32,000 bases of DNA from the NCBI GenBank assembly GCA_942493095.1, contig OW818675.1:1320001-1352000 (forward strand), in the 5' to 3' direction. Positions 8,483-18,500 of the stretch are shown one piece after another. Every line of letters begins with the position of its first letter. Position 1 is the first letter of the stretch. The notes below the pieces were generated by a model, which saw only the letters and a program-made list of their open reading frames with translations, was not told the DNA's origin and searched no databases. Source of the DNA: Candidatus Electronema halotolerans (GTDB taxonomy: Bacteria > Desulfobacterota > Desulfobulbia > Desulfobulbales > Desulfobulbaceae). The position numbers and the translations under genes were made by a program.

Positions 8483-11400
8483 GTTGCAAGATCAAGCTCC
8501 TCAGGCGGATGAGCTGGAGGATGCTGTCGAGTTCTTCTTTTTTCTTCTGCAAGTGCTCACCATCCTGCCAGAGATGGCGGAAAATATCATGCAGAATGTC
8601 AAGAGATTCGCTGTCAGGGATCATTTCTATTCTGCGGCGCAGAACCCGCAGACCTGCTTCAAAGCTCAGGGAGTTATAGCCCGCCTTATAATTGCAGGCT
8701 TCAATATATTTTCGGAACATCTGCACAAGGTCTTTGCGTTCAACTGTTCTTCGTTCTCTGAATTTATACGAGGAAGAATCGTCGTCATTGCCAAATTTTT
8801 CCTCCATGCAGTAGCATTGACTGAAGAGAATATCTCCTTGAGTGATGCGGAACCGGGCGGCAACCCAATGATATTTATATCCCTCAACACTTATTTTCCC
8901 TTCTAACTTCTGCTCATACTTCTTAAAGTCATCTCTGTAATCATCTTTATCATATAGTCCAGAAAAATAAAGTGCATTCAAATAGCTTTGTTTTGCATCA
9001 TCAAGACGAAAATCTTTTCCACTTCTTTTGGATGTTTCAATACATTTTTTCAGGTAATCAAATGCCTCGGGAAATTTTTCCTGCATAATCATTAGTTCAC
9101 CTAGCTGAAAATAGACTTCAGGAAGTTTTTCGTGAATAATATTTTTTTCGGCACTATACTCTTCCAAGTTACCTTTTCCTGTTTTAAAAAAACGATACGC
9201 TTTTTCGAGATCACCTTGAAATTGTTTTTCAAATTTGTTTCGAGCTGCTTCCAGCTCATCAGCGACACTGTCCTCCAGCAGATTGATAAATTCACCTCGC
9301 CGGATATAATATTCACCCTCAATAATATCTGTCTGACCAGACAGTCCTTTTTTCAACCACGGGCTGGACATTTTTTCTATGAGTTTCCGAGCACGCTCAA
9401 ACGCCTGTCTCGCGTGGTGAAAATCTCCCATAAGACGATAGAGACGGCTCTGGCGATTCAACAGCAGGACAAGCTGCTCCAGATACTTTTCTTTATCCTC
9501 AGAATTTCCTGTGAAATGGAATTGTATCCAATAAAGTTCAGTCAGGCATTTATTCACCAGCACTCCTTTCCAATATGCTCCTGTATCCTCGCTTTCTTTA
9601 AGCTCCTCTTCAAGCTTTTTCAGTTCCTTAGGCTGAATTGCTTCTTGTTCCAGCAAACGGGCATATTCGAATATCCAGCTAAAATCCTTTATCTTACTTT
9701 TCCCTCTTGATTTTATTTCTTCCAAATTATCAAGCGTAAATGAAAAAGGCAGTTTCTCGCTCTGCTTTTTCTTGTATTGATCATTCGTAAGAGATGACAG
9801 AGGGGGATAATCACGCCGATTCGTCAGCCTGACTAAGCTTCTTAGGCGATTATAGATGACCAGCAGCATGAGATAATATTCATCTTGATTGAACTTCTTC
9901 TTCAAATTTGCTGCTTCAATATAACTGTCAAATGCTTCTTGCAACTGTTTAATGCCTGATGAAAAGTTACCTGACTTTAAAACCTCAACAGCTTCGTCAA
10001 ACTCCATATCACCAAGAATCAATTTATAACGACCAAATAAGTCAGGGAATTTTTTTAAATCAGGATGTTTTTTTATTTTATCTTTATATTCATTCCACTT
10101 TTTTATATTTTTCTTCTTCCGGTCTAATGGTAGATCATCTTCAGAGTAATTTCCAAAATAATATAAAACAAGAATACTTTCGAGGGTATCAAGAACACGA
10201 TATGAAAAATTAACTTTTTTCGCAGAACGTAAAGCCTTATGGAATTTCATTATGGCAGATTTCCATTCGTTTTGGATGTGTTTTACAGACATCATCATAT
10301 ACAACTCACCCAAGCTGAAACAGGCATCTGCTAATTCCTTGTAAAAAGCTGGTTTCTCCTCAAGACGATCTATAGCTTTTTTTGCATGGTCGATATAGTC
10401 ATCTATCCGCTCTCTATCAGACTGCTCCACGGGTTCCAGCTCCTTTGCCCGGTAATACTCAAGCAGATGGACAAATTCCCTATCGCCATAAAATAGCTGG
10501 CAGAAATTACTGTACACTCGGCCACCTAAAAGCCGGTCCGGTATTTTTTGATAGATTTTTTTCGCTTCTTCAAGATAATGACGAGCATCTATGTTGCGCC
10601 CGGCAATGACTAAAACATGCCCTAACGTATTCAAAGAACGAAATATTTCTTTTCTATTTCTTGGAAGATTCTGCACAATGCTGTATGCTGTTTCCGCATA
10701 TCGTATCGCTTGAAAAAATTTTCCTGTATAACGATAGAGTATGGCGAGATTGCCGAGCGCATATTGGATACACTGCTGCATATTTCGTTCTGTTCTCCTG
10801 TCTGCTCTCTGGCTCTGTGCTTTTTCCAGCCAATCCAGAAGTCCTTCCAAGGTTCTCTGCATCCATTGTTCTGCTTCAACAAAGTCGGCTTTTCTATATA
10901 AAGTGTATCCGATCCAGTTATTGGCAAGAAACAAATGAAAGAGAGAATCTTTATCATCATAATTAAAAAATATTTCACTGGACTCCTTTAAGAGATTGAT
11001 AGCGTCATTAAATTTTCCTGACTCAGAATAGGCAATTCCCTCCCACAGTTTAAATTTTCCGTAGAGTATAGAAAGTTCCTCTGAGCTGTCAGTAACCTGC
11101 TGTTTTTGTGCTGAATCTATTATACTCAACGCCCTTGAAAGATTCCTTTTATGGCCGTGGATATAATACTGCACCTCTCTTAAATTGAGTTCAAGTTCCC
11201 TGGGCAAAGACACGTCATATTCTGCGCAGTAACGTTCCGTTTCGCGTCCCAAAAGACCGGCGTAGGATGAGCGTCCGTCTTCCATTGCAGTGTCAAATTC
11301 TTCACAGAATCGCTGTACGCCTTGATCTGGATTTACCATAAAGGTATATTCAATCATCTCAGGCATATATACTTCACGCTTTTTTTGAGAGACATTCTTC

Positions 11401-12836
11401 GGAGAAAAATTATTATTGTAATAATCAACTAATTGCTCGGCAATTTCTGCGTGTTGCCCTGCAAGGTCTTCCCAATGCTTTTCAATCAGCTCGCGCATTT
11501 CATCGTGCAGCAGAATAATAATATCATCGTTTGCCTTGCCGGAAGGCTTGTATTTTATAAAAGAGAGCGGTCGCAGGACGTTCAAAATTTCCTGACATTC
11601 TTCCCGTGAATATTCAGTTAAATATTGCATGATATTCAAGGTCATCCTGCGATAACCGACAGCCATCCGGTAAACGAATATTCTCTCCCGATAATCGTAT
11701 TCAATCCGTCGCACAAGTGAACGCTCGAATGCTTCCTTCTGCAATTCTTCTTTAGTGAACTGCTGAATTTCTTTCAGCAGTTCAGCCGGTTCTCGCTTGC
11801 CGAAGCTGAACCAATCCATAAACAGTGCCAAGAGTATTGGACGGCGGCCTGCCAACTCAAATATTTGCTGTAGTTCCTCAGTATTCAAGCCCAGCGCGTC
11901 GAGCAGTTCCTCCTTATTATTGACAATTTTTTTATCCTCTAGCAATTGCCAAACATCTTCCCCCAACTCCTGCCGGTCATCATCAGAAATTTCAAACATC
12001 CATATACCGACCCGTCCGTCGGGCAAAGCGTATAGAACCGGCTTTAACAAATGTTTGGCCTGTGAATAATTTAGGAAACGCTCATATTCCAGCGGGGAAA
12101 ATGCAGCAATTTGCAGGCATTCAACGAGAAACTTTTCAGCCTCTTCATCAGAAAATAGCGAAAGATTTTTTTCTGTAACATACTCTTTTGCAGCATCAGT
12201 AAGGGGAAAGCGACCTGAAACAACAAGCCGTGTGTTGCCGGAATGCAAGAGCGGAAAAAAATCTTGTTCCAGCCAGAGGGACAACTCTATTGATTCAACT
12301 TTCTTTTTTTCTTTGTCATCATGCCGAATTACACCAATGCGCTGAATAACCTCGTAAGTGTCAAAAAATAAAACGATTATTTTATCGTTCTGTTCTTTCT
12401 CCTCAGCAACTTTCCTATACTCTTCCTGAAAAGCATCTACTATGCGAGGAAGCAAATATTCAGGCTCGCTGGTATCCTTTGTCTGATGGTATTCTTCAAG
12501 CAACTTCGTTGTTTTTAAAAAAGATGCGCTGCCAAGAATATTGATAATCTGAGTTATAATCCCGTTTCTTGAACGGCTTTCTGTCTGATAAAAGTCAATC
12601 AGCTCACCGGTTATAACCTTTTCCCTGTGCTGAGTGCGGCATTGCTTCAGCATTTGCCGCAGAAGTTGTGTTTTGCCAACGCCTCCGTCGCCATCCGTAT
12701 GAATATTCAGAATAAAAGAGTTTCGATGAGAAAGAAATTCCTCAAACTGCTTCAACTCATTCTGTCGACCAACAAATATAGATGACTTTACTGAAGGCAG
12801 GTCTTTATCTTGTCGCTGCAAATCATTAGGAGTCAT
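8472..12836 (-). CDS. Large STAND-type NTPase with TPR-like C-terminal repeats
   Basis: FVGRQNELKQFEEFL, Walker A GDGGVGKTQLL, Walker B KIIVLFFDTYEV, very long helical region with TPR-like units (ALGNLAILYRYTGKFFQAIRYAETAYSIVQ, SLNTLGHVLVIAGRNIDARHYLEEAKKIY, KLPEVYFQLGELMIMQEKFPEAFDYLKKCI). Start at 12836 favoured by SD AAAGAGG; ORF extends to 12863. Confidence 0.88.
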   Translation of the reverse strand: MTPNDLQRQDKDLPSVKSSIFVGRQNELKQFEEFLSHRNSFILNIHTDGDGGVGKTQLLRQMLKQCRTQHREKVITGELIDFYQTESRSRNGIITQIINILGSASFLKTTKLLEEYHQTKDTSEPEYLLPRIVDAFQEEYRKVAEEKEQNDKIIVLFFDTYEVIQRIGVIRHDDKEKKKVESIELSLWLEQDFFPLLHSGNTRLVVSGRFPLTDAAKEYVTEKNLSLFSDEEAEKFLVECLQIAAFSPLEYERFLNYSQAKHLLKPVLYALPDGRVGIWMFEISDDDRQELGEDVWQLLEDKKIVNNKEELLDALGLNTEELQQIFELAGRRPILLALFMDWFSFGKREPAELLKEIQQFTKEELQKEAFERSLVRRIEYDYRERIFVYRMAVGYRRMTLNIMQYLTEYSREECQEILNVLRPLSFIKYKPSGKANDDIIILLHDEMRELIEKHWEDLAGQHAEIAEQLVDYYNNNFSPKNVSQKKREVYMPEMIEYTFMVNPDQGVQRFCEEFDTAMEDGRSSYAGLLGRETERYCAEYDVSLPRELELNLREVQYYIHGHKRNLSRALSIIDSAQKQQVTDSSEELSILYGKFKLWEGIAYSESGKFNDAINLLKESSEIFFNYDDKDSLFHLFLANNWIGYTLYRKADFVEAEQWMQRTLEGLLDWLEKAQSQRADRRTERNMQQCIQYALGNLAILYRYTGKFFQAIRYAETAYSIVQNLPRNRKEIFRSLNTLGHVLVIAGRNIDARHYLEEAKKIYQKIPDRLLGGRVYSNFCQLFYGDREFVHLLEYYRAKELEPVEQSDRERIDDYIDHAKKAIDRLEEKPAFYKELADACFSLGELYMMMSVKHIQNEWKSAIMKFHKALRSAKKVNFSYRVLDTLESILVLYYFGNYSEDDLPLDRKKKNIKKWNEYKDKIKKHPDLKKFPDLFGRYKLILGDMEFDEAVEVLKSGNFSSGIKQLQEAFDSYIEAANLKKKFNQDEYYLMLLVIYNRLRSLVRLTNRRDYPPLSSLTNDQYKKKQSEKLPFSFTLDNLEEIKSRGKSKIKDFSWIFEYARLLEQEAIQPKELKKLEEELKESEDTGAYWKGVLVNKCLTELYWIQFHFTGNSEDKEKYLEQLVLLLNRQSRLYRLMGDFHHARQAFERARKLIEKMSSPWLKKGLSGQTDIIEGEYYIRRGEFINLLEDSVADELEAARNKFEKQFQGDLEKAYRFFKTGKGNLEEYSAEKNIIHEKLPEVYFQLGELMIMQEKFPEAFDYLKKCIETSKRSGKDFRLDDAKQSYLNALYFSGLYDKDDYRDDFKKYEQKLEGKISVEGYKYHWVAARFRITQGDILFSQCYCMEEKFGNDDDSSSYKFRERRTVERKDLVQMFRKYIEACNYKAGYNSLSFEAGLRVLRRRIEMIPDSESLDILHDIFRHLWQDGEHLQKKKEELDSILQLIRLRSLILQHEK

Positions 12837-12855
12837 ACTGTTGCCTCTTTCTTTT

Positions 12856-14904
12856 TTATTCATCCAAGTACTTTAACAATTCTGACATATCAAGCATGTC
12901 GTTTATTTTTTTGTCATTACGTAACGCATTCACTAAATTAAAAAAATTTTCTTTAACCAGTGGATAAGTCGAGTATTTATTCAATATTATTTCAATTTCT
13001 TGGGCTGCATCTTTCCCTTCAGCTTTTGCTAAAAAAATCGTATGGTAAAATCGTTCTAAAACATTTTTTATCAGATCTAAATATCCTTCACTATCTTTTA
13101 CCCAAATATCGTACTTTTCAACTAAAACTTTTTGTATTTTTATGAAGTCATTTTTTTTATTTACCATGAAATGACGAATAAAAATATTATGGACTCTATC
13201 TTCTACGTTAAGGCATCCAAGATACATATTGACAAATATGTCTGTCTTTTTTTGAAACTCATTAATAATTTTTTCAAAATAAGTAATTTTTTTATTTTTA
13301 AAATTATCTTGGAAAGAATGGGAAAGAATAACTTTTAACACACCAGGTTCAATATATCGAAGCAAAGACAGATAAGGAAGGATTGTTTCTACTGACGGAG
13401 CATCTTGATCTAATTCAATTTTTCCAATTCTCTCTTTAAACACCTTGTCAATTAATATTTGAAGACAATCCTTGCAAAATTCTTCCTCATTTTTATTTTC
13501 AAATGGCAATGGACATCTAAATATATTGATAAAAACACAAAGGCATTCTTTAATAAGAGAAGGATAGCCTAAAGTTAGTTGATAAATTCTTTTCGAAATT
13601 CTTTCTTTATTCTTGCTATCAAATGACAACCTGTTGTAATCCAAGAAAAATTGAACAAGTTTTTTAATATCCTTTTCATTTAAACAATTTAACTGATTAT
13701 ATTCAATATTTTTTCTTATATTTTCATTTCTCCAATGTCTTTTTTTTTGGCCAGCAAAAACAAGAATAAAATTTTCTTTATGGAGCAAGGGTGCGAATAG
13801 TTGATCCTCCAGTTCATGAATTATATATTGGTCAGCATAATCAATATTGTCAAAACATATAACTATTTTACATGACAACGGGAGTTCGTTGAGACAATCT
13901 TTAAAAGATTCAATTAAGTAACTTTCATCATTCTCTCCTTCATTCTGTTTATATTTTTTTATTTCTTTCTTAAAGGAATCGAAGAAAATTCGATTTTCTT
14001 CCTTTTTGGTGAGAGAAAAGGCTATTTTTTCCAACACAGGATAAACATTGTAAGAAGAACGAGACAGTTCATACCCTTTAAAATCTATGTAACCGATCAA
14101 ATATCTTTCTTTTTCGACTGAAACTATGTAAAGAAAATACTGCAAAAGCCACGTTTTTCCAATTCCTTCATTTCCTGTGTATTCAAAAAGACATGTCTTT
14201 GATTTATATTCAGCAATAATATTGATTAAAGATATTTTTTCCTTCTCTCTATCAACAAACAAGTATAATAATTCTGAATCACAACAAGATGGCATTTCCT
14301 TTTTCTTTACAATTTTATATAATCCGTCCCAATGCTCCGCAACCCGATACAGCGGCATTGCCAATACTGTATCACGCTCTGCATTTTTTACTTTGTCGGG
14401 GTCAGTTGCTTGGGTCTGGATGGCAACTGCTGCTTGGAGATCAACACTAACAACAGCACTTCCACTATATCCTCCTTCACCTGTCTGCTTACTGTCAAGT
14501 TTCAAAAGATAGTCTTTGTTACAGTTGTAAACACCAATAAATGGGCCTTTTCCAGATGACATCTCGACAAGACTTTTGCCATAACCATAAAGTAAAAACT
14601 CCCCTTGTACGAATTTTGGAAGTTGTATATCGAGAGGATAACGATCTTCAATTTCAGTTTCTAACTGAAGTACTGCAAAATCAATCCTCTTTTCCTCATC
14701 ATATTTCCATGCAATTTTACGTGCTGTAAGGGAATGAGTATCTCCTGAAAATTTCACTTCAACAGTTTCAGGTGGGTTTGATTTTCCCAGCACATGACCA
14801 GCTGTAAGCAGATGTCCTCTATTGCTGATCAACCAAGCCGTGCCCTTGATTTTTTGCTCAATCAAAACGGCACAAGTCGCCTGCATAATTTTTTCATCGC
14901 GCAT
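12856..14904 (-). CDS. Trypsin-like serine protease fused to a STAND/AAA-type NTPase
   Basis: Triad-like motifs: His in LLTAGHVLG, Asp in KRIDFAVLQL, Ser in GEGGYSGSAV; then P-loop YTGNEGIGKTWLLQYF and Walker B CKIVICFDNIDYAD; 682 aa ORF overlapping the next ORF. Confidence 0.88.
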   Translation of the reverse strand: MRDEKIMQATCAVLIEQKIKGTAWLISNRGHLLTAGHVLGKSNPPETVEVKFSGDTHSLTARKIAWKYDEEKRIDFAVLQLETEIEDRYPLDIQLPKFVQGEFLLYGYGKSLVEMSSGKGPFIGVYNCNKDYLLKLDSKQTGEGGYSGSAVVSVDLQAAVAIQTQATDPDKVKNAERDTVLAMPLYRVAEHWDGLYKIVKKKEMPSCCDSELLYLFVDREKEKISLINIIAEYKSKTCLFEYTGNEGIGKTWLLQYFLYIVSVEKERYLIGYIDFKGYELSRSSYNVYPVLEKIAFSLTKKEENRIFFDSFKKEIKKYKQNEGENDESYLIESFKDCLNELPLSCKIVICFDNIDYADQYIIHELEDQLFAPLLHKENFILVFAGQKKRHWRNENIRKNIEYNQLNCLNEKDIKKLVQFFLDYNRLSFDSKNKERISKRIYQLTLGYPSLIKECLCVFINIFRCPLPFENKNEEEFCKDCLQILIDKVFKERIGKIELDQDAPSVETILPYLSLLRYIEPGVLKVILSHSFQDNFKNKKITYFEKIINEFQKKTDIFVNMYLGCLNVEDRVHNIFIRHFMVNKKNDFIKIQKVLVEKYDIWVKDSEGYLDLIKNVLERFYHTIFLAKAEGKDAAQEIEIILNKYSTYPLVKENFFNLVNALRNDKKINDMLDMSELLKYLDE

Positions 14905-14925
14905 AATTCAAAATCCAGCAAGTTA

Positions 14926-15270
14926 TCACTCACCATCACCCTGCCAAGTCAACTTAACTTTTAACCCGGAATCCGCTTTTGCACCAAAAACAACCCACGC
15001 TTTAGCTTCAGCAGAAAATCCCATTGAAAATTCTACCTCCATTTGCTGCGCATGAGCTGTTTTGCGGATACTGTCAAATTCCTGCCCTAAATCCTCCGCA
15101 ATATTTTTAATCGCAGCTTTTGCTTTTCTATATACATCCTTGATGTCATCTTCAATGCCTGTATTGACAAGAGCAGGCCCATCGTTTTCGGAATTGAGCA
15201 CCTCTACCTCGTTATCCATTGCTTGAATCAGCACCTGCGTATTTCCGATGGTTTCCTGTATAGCCTTCAT
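14926..15270 (-). CDS. Trypco1-like (trypsin-co-occurring domain 1) small protein
   Basis: C-terminal signature MEVEFSMGFSAEAKAWVVFGAKADSGLKVKLTW matches the recalled Trypco1 pattern; first gene in a run with the protease/STAND gene; SD AAGGGAGG upstream of the ATG at 15270 (ORF extends to 15297). Confidence 0.85.
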   Translation of the reverse strand: MKAIQETIGNTQVLIQAMDNEVEVLNSENDGPALVNTGIEDDIKDVYRKAKAAIKNIAEDLGQEFDSIRKTAHAQQMEVEFSMGFSAEAKAWVVFGAKADSGLKVKLTWQGDGE

Positions 15271-15516
15271 AATCAAGCCTCCCTTGGTTTGTCTCAAAAA
15301 AACACATTAACCCAAACTGTTACGCTGCTCCCATGCAACTGCCTGCGAATTATCCAAACTACCACACAACCAGCAATCCTTCAATCACTTTCTCGCTCAG
15401 TGCTGTTACAACCTGTTTCCCAAACACGGCAAGTCAGTTTCTTTCCGCTCAACATGAATCTGCTGCTGAAGCGGCAAATATCCCGCTTTTCAGCCAGCGG
15501 GCCGGAAGAGTGGCAC

Positions 15517-15561
15517 CCCCTTCGGTGCTGCTGAATTACGAAATCAGCAGCACCGAAGGGG
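15517..15561. terminator. Strong hairpin just after the A2M stop codon; probable transcription end or insulator
   Basis: 18-bp perfect stem CCCCTTCGGTGCTGCTGA / TCAGCAGCACCGAAGGGG with a 9-nt loop; no T-tract, so not a canonical intrinsic terminator. Confidence 0.6.
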
Positions 15562-15568
15562 CAGAACC

Positions 15569-18500
15569 TCATTTCTTGTCAACAGTTACAATCCCTGCCT
15601 TGCCCCGCGCCCGGTACTCAGGACGGTACATAGCCTCAACCTCTGACGGCGGCAGGGCATAGCTGCCTGGCGTGACCGCCCGCACCAAATAGGCAAAGCT
15701 GAAGGGCCGCACTGGATTGTTGCGTGTCAAGGGCTTGAGCTGCTCTGTGTCAAAGGCAACCACAAAGCGGTCGTCCCGCGCATCCGTGTAGCGGAAGGAA
15801 CTGAGTTCGGGCAGCCAGTCAAAGGCCTCGGCATCTTTGCCGCTCACCGCCTTTTCGATTTCAAAGCCCGCAGGCAGCAGATCAATCAGCAGGGCGTGAT
15901 AATTGCCGCCCTCTTTGGCCTCGCCTTCAACCAGCACCACAGCCAGCTCGCTTTGCGGCACCTTGTCCAAGGCCAGCGGCTCGCCTGCACTGCTGTACCA
16001 AGTCCGTTGGATTGTGAAGCCATTTTCCATTGGCGGCGGCTCGTTGGTCGGCGCGCCCTGCACGGTGAGCACTGCCCAGACTGCGACCTGTCCCTTGTTG
16101 CGCAAGGTCACGGGCTGATCAAGCAACGTGTCTCCGCTGCGGCTGAGGGAGAAGAAAGAGGATTCTTTTTTCTCTGTTACCGCTGGAGCAGCTTCCTCTT
16201 TTGGCGTGTCACTCCCCAAATTCATGGCGGAAAGAAAACGGCCCAAAAGCGAAGGACTCTCCGCCTCTGGTTTATTCTCCTGCGGTGCCGGGCTGGCCTC
16301 GGTGATTTCCAAATCCAAGGGCTGGCCCTTGTCCAAGGTCAGAGCGGCCATGATCAGAGCGGCCTGCTCCTGAGTGGAGAAATACTTGCGCTTGGAAAGT
16401 TGGCCGGTCAGTTCCTGCCACGCCGAAGCCGGATCAACCTGCGTCAGGCCGGTCTCGTCGAGCACACTGATGATTGCAGCCAGATCACGCAGGCGGGAGC
16501 CGTAGCTCCACCATGAGGCAGCCTCTGTGTCTGCCGAGCGCAGAGCTGCTTGCAAGCCTTTCATTGCCCGTTCCTGATCGCCAAGCAAAGCCAAGGTGCC
16601 AGCAAGCTGGGCTTGCGCCAGCGGCGAGCTAATTTTGTCAAAGCGGGTGTCAAAGAGATAGCGGGCATCCTCATGCCGAGCTTGGCCAGCACGGGCCAGC
16701 ACCCAATGCGCGTAGGCCAGTGCCTCAAGATGTTTGTCCTTCCTGTCGCTGTGCTTGACCTCGTCTGTCAGCCAGTCCAAACCTTTTTTGTAGAAATAGT
16801 CTGGCACGGCAAAGCCTTTTTCCCGCGCTCGGCCAAGAAAGTCCATAGCATAAGCCGAAAGCCACGGCTCTTCGTCATCGCTGTCTGACCAGAGACCAAA
16901 GCTGCCCTCGCCGCGCTGCTTCTGCAAAATCAGGTCAATAGCCGCCTGCACCCGGTCAGGCAGATTTTTGTCCGCTGGATAGGCAAAGCGTTCGGCAAGC
17001 TGATTGGCGTAGAGCAGAGGCATGGCCCGGCTGGTGAGCTGCTCCAAGCAGCCGTGCGGGTAGCGGTCCAGCTCGCCGAGTAGCCCGGCCACATCAACAT
17101 TGGGCGCGCTGGAAATGCTGAGATCAACCTTGGCTGTGGCCGGATGCAGACCACTCAGGGTCTCCTTGTTCAGGGTGAGGACTGCGCCCGGCTCAATTTT
17201 GCTGTAGGTGCGGGTTAAGGTCGGCAGATATTTGCCGCGCACATTGAGATCAAAGTCGCCTGCATAACTGTAGCCTTGCGGGCCGTTGACGAGCAGATGC
17301 AGCTTGCCGCTGCCAATGCCGGAAGCAGTCACTGGAAAGCTGAGGCTCTGCCGCCTGCCCTGCTCAAGCTGGACAACTGCCGCGCTTTGCTCCGGGCCAA
17401 GCAGCGTTACCGCGCCTTCAGCCCGCCATGATGCCTGATACTGACCTGCCGGGCCGTCAATGTTTTCGATCAACACCTGAATGCTGGACTGGTCGCCGTC
17501 TGCCAGATAGCGCGGCAGAGACGGGGAGATGACCACTGGATCATTGACCCGCATGGCTTGACTGGCCGCGCCGGTCTTTTCCTTTGACCAGGCCACGGCC
17601 ATCAGGCGCAGCTTACCGTTAAAGTCCGGGATGTCTAACGGCACCGTGACTGTGCCGTCATCGCCTGCCCTGACCACGCCGGAGAAGAGGGAAACCACCT
17701 TCACATTGGACTGCGGCGCACCGCGCAGACCATCTTCGCCAGCACCGCTGCGCAGAGTGAGCGGCTTGCTGTTTGGCGGAATGATGAGCTGGCCGTACAT
17801 GTCGCGGATGTCAAGACCGAGCTGCTGCTTGCCAAAGAACCAGTCAATCGGATTTGGCGAGACAAACTGGGTCAGCTGCAAAACTCCTTCATCCACAGCG
17901 GCCAAGGTCAGATGGATTTCGCTGCCTGCCTCTGCCCCCTTGACTGCAACCGGCACTGGCAAGACCTGCCGGGGCCGGGTCTGCTCCGGCGCATTGACGG
18001 TCAGTTCCAACCGCTGCGGAGCCGGATCAACTGGCAGCCAGATCAGGCCCACAGCCCGGTCTGCGCCCTTCTGCTGCCCCTTGCCGGGCCGATAGACCGT
18101 GACCAAGGCATAGACACCCGCGCCCCAGCCGTCCTCAACCGGAATCTCAATGGTCTGCTCCTTGCCGCTCAAGGCGAAGTTGCGCAGCCCGTTCACTGTG
18201 GTGTTGGCCAAGACCAGACTGGCTTGCCCCGGATACGGCGAGGTCAAGGTCAGTTTGGCAATGTCGCCGACCTTGTAACTCTGCCGGTCAAGCACCACTT
18301 TGACCGAATCCGGGGTGTCGCTCTCGCCGACAAGTTGCTCGCCCGCAGTGAAGTGCAGGCTGGTGAGCAGGATATTGTCCTTGTTCAACAGCTCCAGCCG
18401 GTATCTGCCCCAGTCCGTCGCAACGGCCAGCGGCACTGGCCCGGCCTTATCCCAAGCAAGCTGGCCGCGCTGCGCCTCCTGATCAAGAACGATCTCCTCA

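Noticed and set aside
8255-8679. ORFs 8255-8512 (minus) and 8266-8679 / 8466-8906 (plus)
   Set aside because: They occupy other frames over the two short peptide ORFs and the STAND 3' end, with no domain signature; the 56/52 aa ORFs fit spacing and similarity far better
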